In this document: positions 60,466 to 64,000 of the stretch, one piece after another
Layout: every line of letters begins with the position of its first letter
Numbering within the stretch: position 1 is the stretch's first letter
DNA from: Candidatus Parcubacteria bacterium
GTDB lineage: Bacteria > Patescibacteriota > Minisyncoccia > JAHIHE01 > JAGLIN01
Length of the DNA: 64,000 bases
Direction of reading: 5' to 3'
NCBI GenBank assembly: GCA_023132875.1
Contig: JAGLXN010000007.1
Coordinates: 1,262-65,261, forward strand
Made by a program: the position numbers and the translations under genes
The notes under the pieces: generated by a model
What the model was told of the DNA's origin: nothing
Database searches by the model: none
Seen by the model: only the letters and a program-made list of their open reading frames with translations

Positions 60466-61611
60466 CTATTTCAACGATTTATATAACTCAACCACTTTCT
60501 CCACCCACGGCTCTATGGAAAATCTTTTTGAATTTATTTTTGCCCGCGCGGACATTTTCTCTTTCAAGCTTTTATCACCCACAATTTTTAAAACACTTTC
60601 AGAAAATTCATCTTCTGATTTGGAAGTTAAAAAACCGTCTTCGCCGCTTCTAACTATGTCTTCAATCCCACTAGCCTTAATCGCAACAACTGGATTGCCT
60701 GCCGCCATCGCCTCAACCGCCACAAGCCCTTGTGTTTCTGTCAAAGACGCAAAAATAAAAATATCACTTGCTTGGTAAAGTCCTACAATTTCCGACCTGT
60801 CTACAAGTCCAGCGAAAATAATACTATTTTTAATCCCAAATTCTTCTGCCATTTTTTCCAAATCTTTCCTAACTGCTCCATCGCCAACTATAAGAAATCT
60901 CACATTATTCCGCTTTTGCCTAATTTTAGCAAACGATCTTACTAAAAATTCCAAATTCTTTTCTTCTGTAAGCCTGCAAGCGGTAATAAGCATAATGTCA
61001 TCCGGCTTAACTTGATATTTTTCCCTTATTCCATCTCTTTGTCCGGTATCTTTCTTAAAATTATCAATATTAATTCCGCTTGGTATAATGCTTATCGGCG
61101 CCTTAATTTCATGGTTAATTAATAATTTTTTTATTGCTGTAGATGGAGCTATAATATTATTGCATTGATTTGAATATTTTGTTGTTATTTTCCTTATATA
61201 TTTTCTTGAAATGGATTCAGGAATCAATGGCACATAATGATTATAATCCTCGTATTTGATATGATACGTAAAAACCAAAGGAATATTTAATTTCTTTGAA
61301 AATTTCAATGCTTCATCTCCTAAAGAATAAGGCTGATGGGAATGAATGATATCCAAATTTAATTTTTCTATTACTTCTCGCGCTTTAGAAAAAAACGGCA
61401 AGGGAATCACGTAAAAATAACCGCCATAATTAAAACGGAAACTTTTATATCGAAAAATATTCTTATTTTCATCTTTATAATTTGGATATTCAGGGGCAAA
61501 AACAAAAGTTTCATGCCCCGCCCTTTTAAGCCCCTTGCAAAGATTAATGACAGAAGTTTCCATTCCTCCTTTTGAGGGAGTGTAATAATTTATAAACATT
61601 CCTATTTTCAT
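60466..61611 (-). CDS. family 4 glycosyltransferase
   Basis: GT-B fold with the C-terminal ETQGLVAVEAMAAGNPVVA motif. Confidence 0.8.
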   Translation of the reverse strand: MKIGMFINYYTPSKGGMETSVINLCKGLKRAGHETFVFAPEYPNYKDENKNIFRYKSFRFNYGGYFYVIPLPFFSKAREVIEKLNLDIIHSHQPYSLGDEALKFSKKLNIPLVFTYHIKYEDYNHYVPLIPESISRKYIRKITTKYSNQCNNIIAPSTAIKKLLINHEIKAPISIIPSGINIDNFKKDTGQRDGIREKYQVKPDDIMLITACRLTEEKNLEFLVRSFAKIRQKRNNVRFLIVGDGAVRKDLEKMAEEFGIKNSIIFAGLVDRSEIVGLYQASDIFIFASLTETQGLVAVEAMAAGNPVVAIKASGIEDIVRSGEDGFLTSKSEDEFSESVLKIVGDKSLKEKMSARAKINSKRFSIEPWVEKVVELYKSLK

Positions 61612-62765
61612 AATTTGTGTTTATTTATTATAAAATTAAAAAATTTTATCGTTTTTTCAACTTGATTTTTAATATCTAATTTTTCTCTGCTTATCTTTTG
61701 AGAATTAAAAGAAAATTTATCAAGAACGGGCTTATTTCGCAAAAGATATATTATTTTTTTAGAAAAATCTTCAGTATTTTCACTTACCAAAAAACCGTTA
61801 TATCCGTCAATTACAATCTCTTTAAAGGGCTCGTCATAAACTGCAACTACTGGCAATCCGCTTGCAATTGCTTCATAAATAACAAGGCCTTGTGTTTCAG
61901 TTAAGGAAGAAAAAGCAAAAACATCAGCGCTATTGTACGCCTTGATAACATCTCTTCTCTTTAAAACGCCTGTGAAAACAACGCTTCCGCTTATATCTAA
62001 AGAAGAACATAATTTCTTAAGATTATCAACCTCATTGCCAGAACCTATAATAAATAATTTTACGTTTTCTACTTTTTCTTTTATTAATTTAAAAGATCTA
62101 ACGACAAATTGAATATTCTTTTCTTTGGCGATTCTGCCGACATATAGTATTATATTTTCTTTTTTGCTTAGATTGTATTTTTCTGAAAGCCATTTGTCTT
62201 TTTTCCCTTTAAATTCTTCTAAATCAAAACTTGTTGGAATTATTTCTATCGGTTTTTTAACCTGCAATTCTAATAAATATTTTTTTATTTTATCTGACGG
62301 AGTTATAATGCCATCACAATGGTTACAGAATATTCCAATTAATTTATTAACAGATGTTTTTGGAGATTCAAAGCCACCAAATATATAATGAAGATATTCA
62401 GAATACATTGTATGATTCATATATATAATTGGAATATTTTTAATTTTTGCAAACATCTGCGCTAGAAGACCTCCTATGCCAAAAGGATTTTGTGAATACA
62501 CAACATCAAGCTTCAATTTTTTTAAAGGAACAATGTTTTTAACAGAAACAGGTAATGTCACTCTATAATTTTTTTCAAATGGAAATTGAAAAGATTTAAA
62601 TCTAAATTCAGTAAATTTTGGTTTTTGTTTTTCTTTTCCAGATTCCGGAGCAAAAATATAAATCTGGTGTCCCTGTCTTTTTGCTTCTTTAGCAAAACTC
62701 TGAATGTATGTCACAACGCCATTCACCTGTGGAGTATATGTTTCTGTAAATATTCCAATTTTCAT
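61608..62765 (-). CDS. family 4 glycosyltransferase
   Basis: Has ETQGLVIYEAIASGLPVVA. Overlaps the previous GT4 gene by 4 bp, suggesting an operon. Confidence 0.8.
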   Translation of the reverse strand: MKIGIFTETYTPQVNGVVTYIQSFAKEAKRQGHQIYIFAPESGKEKQKPKFTEFRFKSFQFPFEKNYRVTLPVSVKNIVPLKKLKLDVVYSQNPFGIGGLLAQMFAKIKNIPIIYMNHTMYSEYLHYIFGGFESPKTSVNKLIGIFCNHCDGIITPSDKIKKYLLELQVKKPIEIIPTSFDLEEFKGKKDKWLSEKYNLSKKENIILYVGRIAKEKNIQFVVRSFKLIKEKVENVKLFIIGSGNEVDNLKKLCSSLDISGSVVFTGVLKRRDVIKAYNSADVFAFSSLTETQGLVIYEAIASGLPVVAVYDEPFKEIVIDGYNGFLVSENTEDFSKKIIYLLRNKPVLDKFSFNSQKISREKLDIKNQVEKTIKFFNFIINKHKL

Positions 62766-62824
62766 TTATTTCTATGTTTTATCAAGCTGTAATAAAAACT
62801 ATCCAATTTTTAAATTTAGTTTAC

Positions 62825-62851
62825 AGGCAACACATCGACGTGTCGCCTTCG
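62825..62851. repeat. REP-like palindrome copy
   Basis: aggcaacacatcgacgtgtcgccttcg is related to the palindrome inside the RAYT gene. Confidence 0.75.
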
Positions 62852-62893
62852 ATTAGCATAAATATTCAAATTCTTTAGCGATAAATTAATTAT

Positions 62894-63796
62894 TTAATAA
62901 TACTTTATTTCCAATTCGGAAAATTTCAAATCTAAATCTATATCAATTCTCTTAGTTACATCTTCGTAATTTGGGCTAACATATTCTTTAAAACCCCTGT
63001 CTAATCCTAACTCTTTAAAATTATCAGTTACTAAAAATTTGTTTAAAGATATTTTAACTCCTATTTCCTTGGGAATGAGTATGCTTAATTTAGAACCAAC
63101 AGAATTAATTCTTAATTTTTCAATAGTATCGTTCAGTATTATTTCATTTGAACTAATCTTAGTATCCAATATAAAATCTGAAACAGAAAGGTTGGATATA
63201 TTGAATTTATTTTTGCTCGCGTAAGTTTTTATTTTTATTTTAGACGGAATATTTCTGCCAATTCTTATATCCCACGTGCGACTGCTATCCCATGGGCTAA
63301 AAACATATTCACTTAACGAATTGCCAGAAATTTCATAAAGATCTTCCTTCTCAAATTCTTTAAAATTCAATTCAGGGACAATTCCTTTAGGAACAAATAA
63401 ATCCCCGCTAATTGAATTATTTTGAGCGTCAGTTATAAATAGCTCTCCTAAAGAAAATTTTACATTAAAATCCGCTATTTTTCCATCAGATGAAAAATCC
63501 TGATTTATTTTAAATATCTCTATTTGTCTTTGATGAAAAAGGTCACCGTCCTGAGAAACAAATATAATTCCAATTACAGAGCTTACTACAATAATAGGAG
63601 AAAGCAACTTTAAAAAAGAAAATTTAGTTCTCTTGAATATGATCTCAATTCCAATAACCACAAAAAATAACGGCCATAACTTTAAAAACTGAAAAATTAT
63701 ATTGATTTTAACAAAACCAAGCGAAATCCATAAAAAAACAAAGCCAAAAAGAAGGACATATAAACCATTTGATATTCTTTCTATGTGTGTTTTCAT
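62894..63796 (-). CDS. hypothetical membrane protein
   Basis: Two or three N-terminal TM helices followed by a beta-rich extracytoplasmic region. Confidence 0.4.
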   Translation of the reverse strand: MKTHIERISNGLYVLLFGFVFLWISLGFVKINIIFQFLKLWPLFFVVIGIEIIFKRTKFSFLKLLSPIIVVSSVIGIIFVSQDGDLFHQRQIEIFKINQDFSSDGKIADFNVKFSLGELFITDAQNNSISGDLFVPKGIVPELNFKEFEKEDLYEISGNSLSEYVFSPWDSSRTWDIRIGRNIPSKIKIKTYASKNKFNISNLSVSDFILDTKISSNEIILNDTIEKLRINSVGSKLSILIPKEIGVKISLNKFLVTDNFKELGLDRGFKEYVSPNYEDVTKRIDIDLDLKFSELEIKYY

Positions 63797-63810
63797 GTTT
63801 TATATTACAT

Positions 63811-63950
63811 TGGATTACGAAATTCTATTTTTAGTTATCTTCGCGTGAATATTAGTTCAATTAGCGTTTATTATAGGAAACATTAATAAAACTAATATTC
63901 ACGCTAAACAAACAAATTATAAGAGTTTTGTAATTTAAAAATATTAACAA
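63811..63950. repeat. nested inverted-repeat element, subfamily A (right window end)
   Basis: ggattacgaaattctatttttagttatcttcgcgt(a/g)aatattagtt... is shared with the first 150 bp of the window. Confidence 0.8.
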
Positions 63951-64000
63951 ATAATGTTTTTATTTTATAGTTATATTATAACATAGAAATGATAATAAAT

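Overview
AT-rich (~30% GC) bacterial chromosomal window that looks like a reduced Patescibacteria/CPR-like genome; this placement is inferred from gene content and composition, with no search run. Coding density is high and uses the standard code. Recognisable genes: fusA, a Na/Pi cotransporter-PhoU fusion, tgt, a complete F1Fo ATP synthase operon (atpB-E-F-H-A-G-D-C), prmC, rplY (L25/Ctc), a Mur ligase, a P-type ATPase, a short SMC, an adenylate-kinase-like protein, comEC split around a RAYT-type transposase, yggU, nrdG plus a 3'-truncated nrdD, ftsZ, ftsA, dgkA, ybeY, rpsU, a HIT protein, hisS, lepB, an LCP protein, pth, dprA, topA, three prephenate-dehydratase paralogs and a GT2/GT4 glycosyltransferase cluster. 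The most unusual content is non-coding. (1) Nearly every intergenic spacer carries locus-specific 7-9 bp tandem arrays arranged as inverted pairs, often abutting start codons that have no Shine-Dalgarno. (2) Several small repeat families recur: MITE-like TGTCATCCTGA...TCAGAATGACA elements, a GAAACGCAGCAATGCTGCGTTTC palindrome, GGCTCC hairpins, a REP-like palindrome, and a nested-IR element present at both window ends. (3) Two GC-rich ORF-free stretches (6.9-7.84 kb and 11.46-11.76 kb) look like structured RNA genes I could not classify. (4) Gene-decay and rearrangement signals: truncated nrdD, a GNAT pseudogene with an overlapping small upstream ORF, an inverted duplication of the prmC 5' end, and a tRNA-like fragment next to the duplicated PDT genes. 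No CRISPR array, cas genes, rRNA or phage structural genes were seen.
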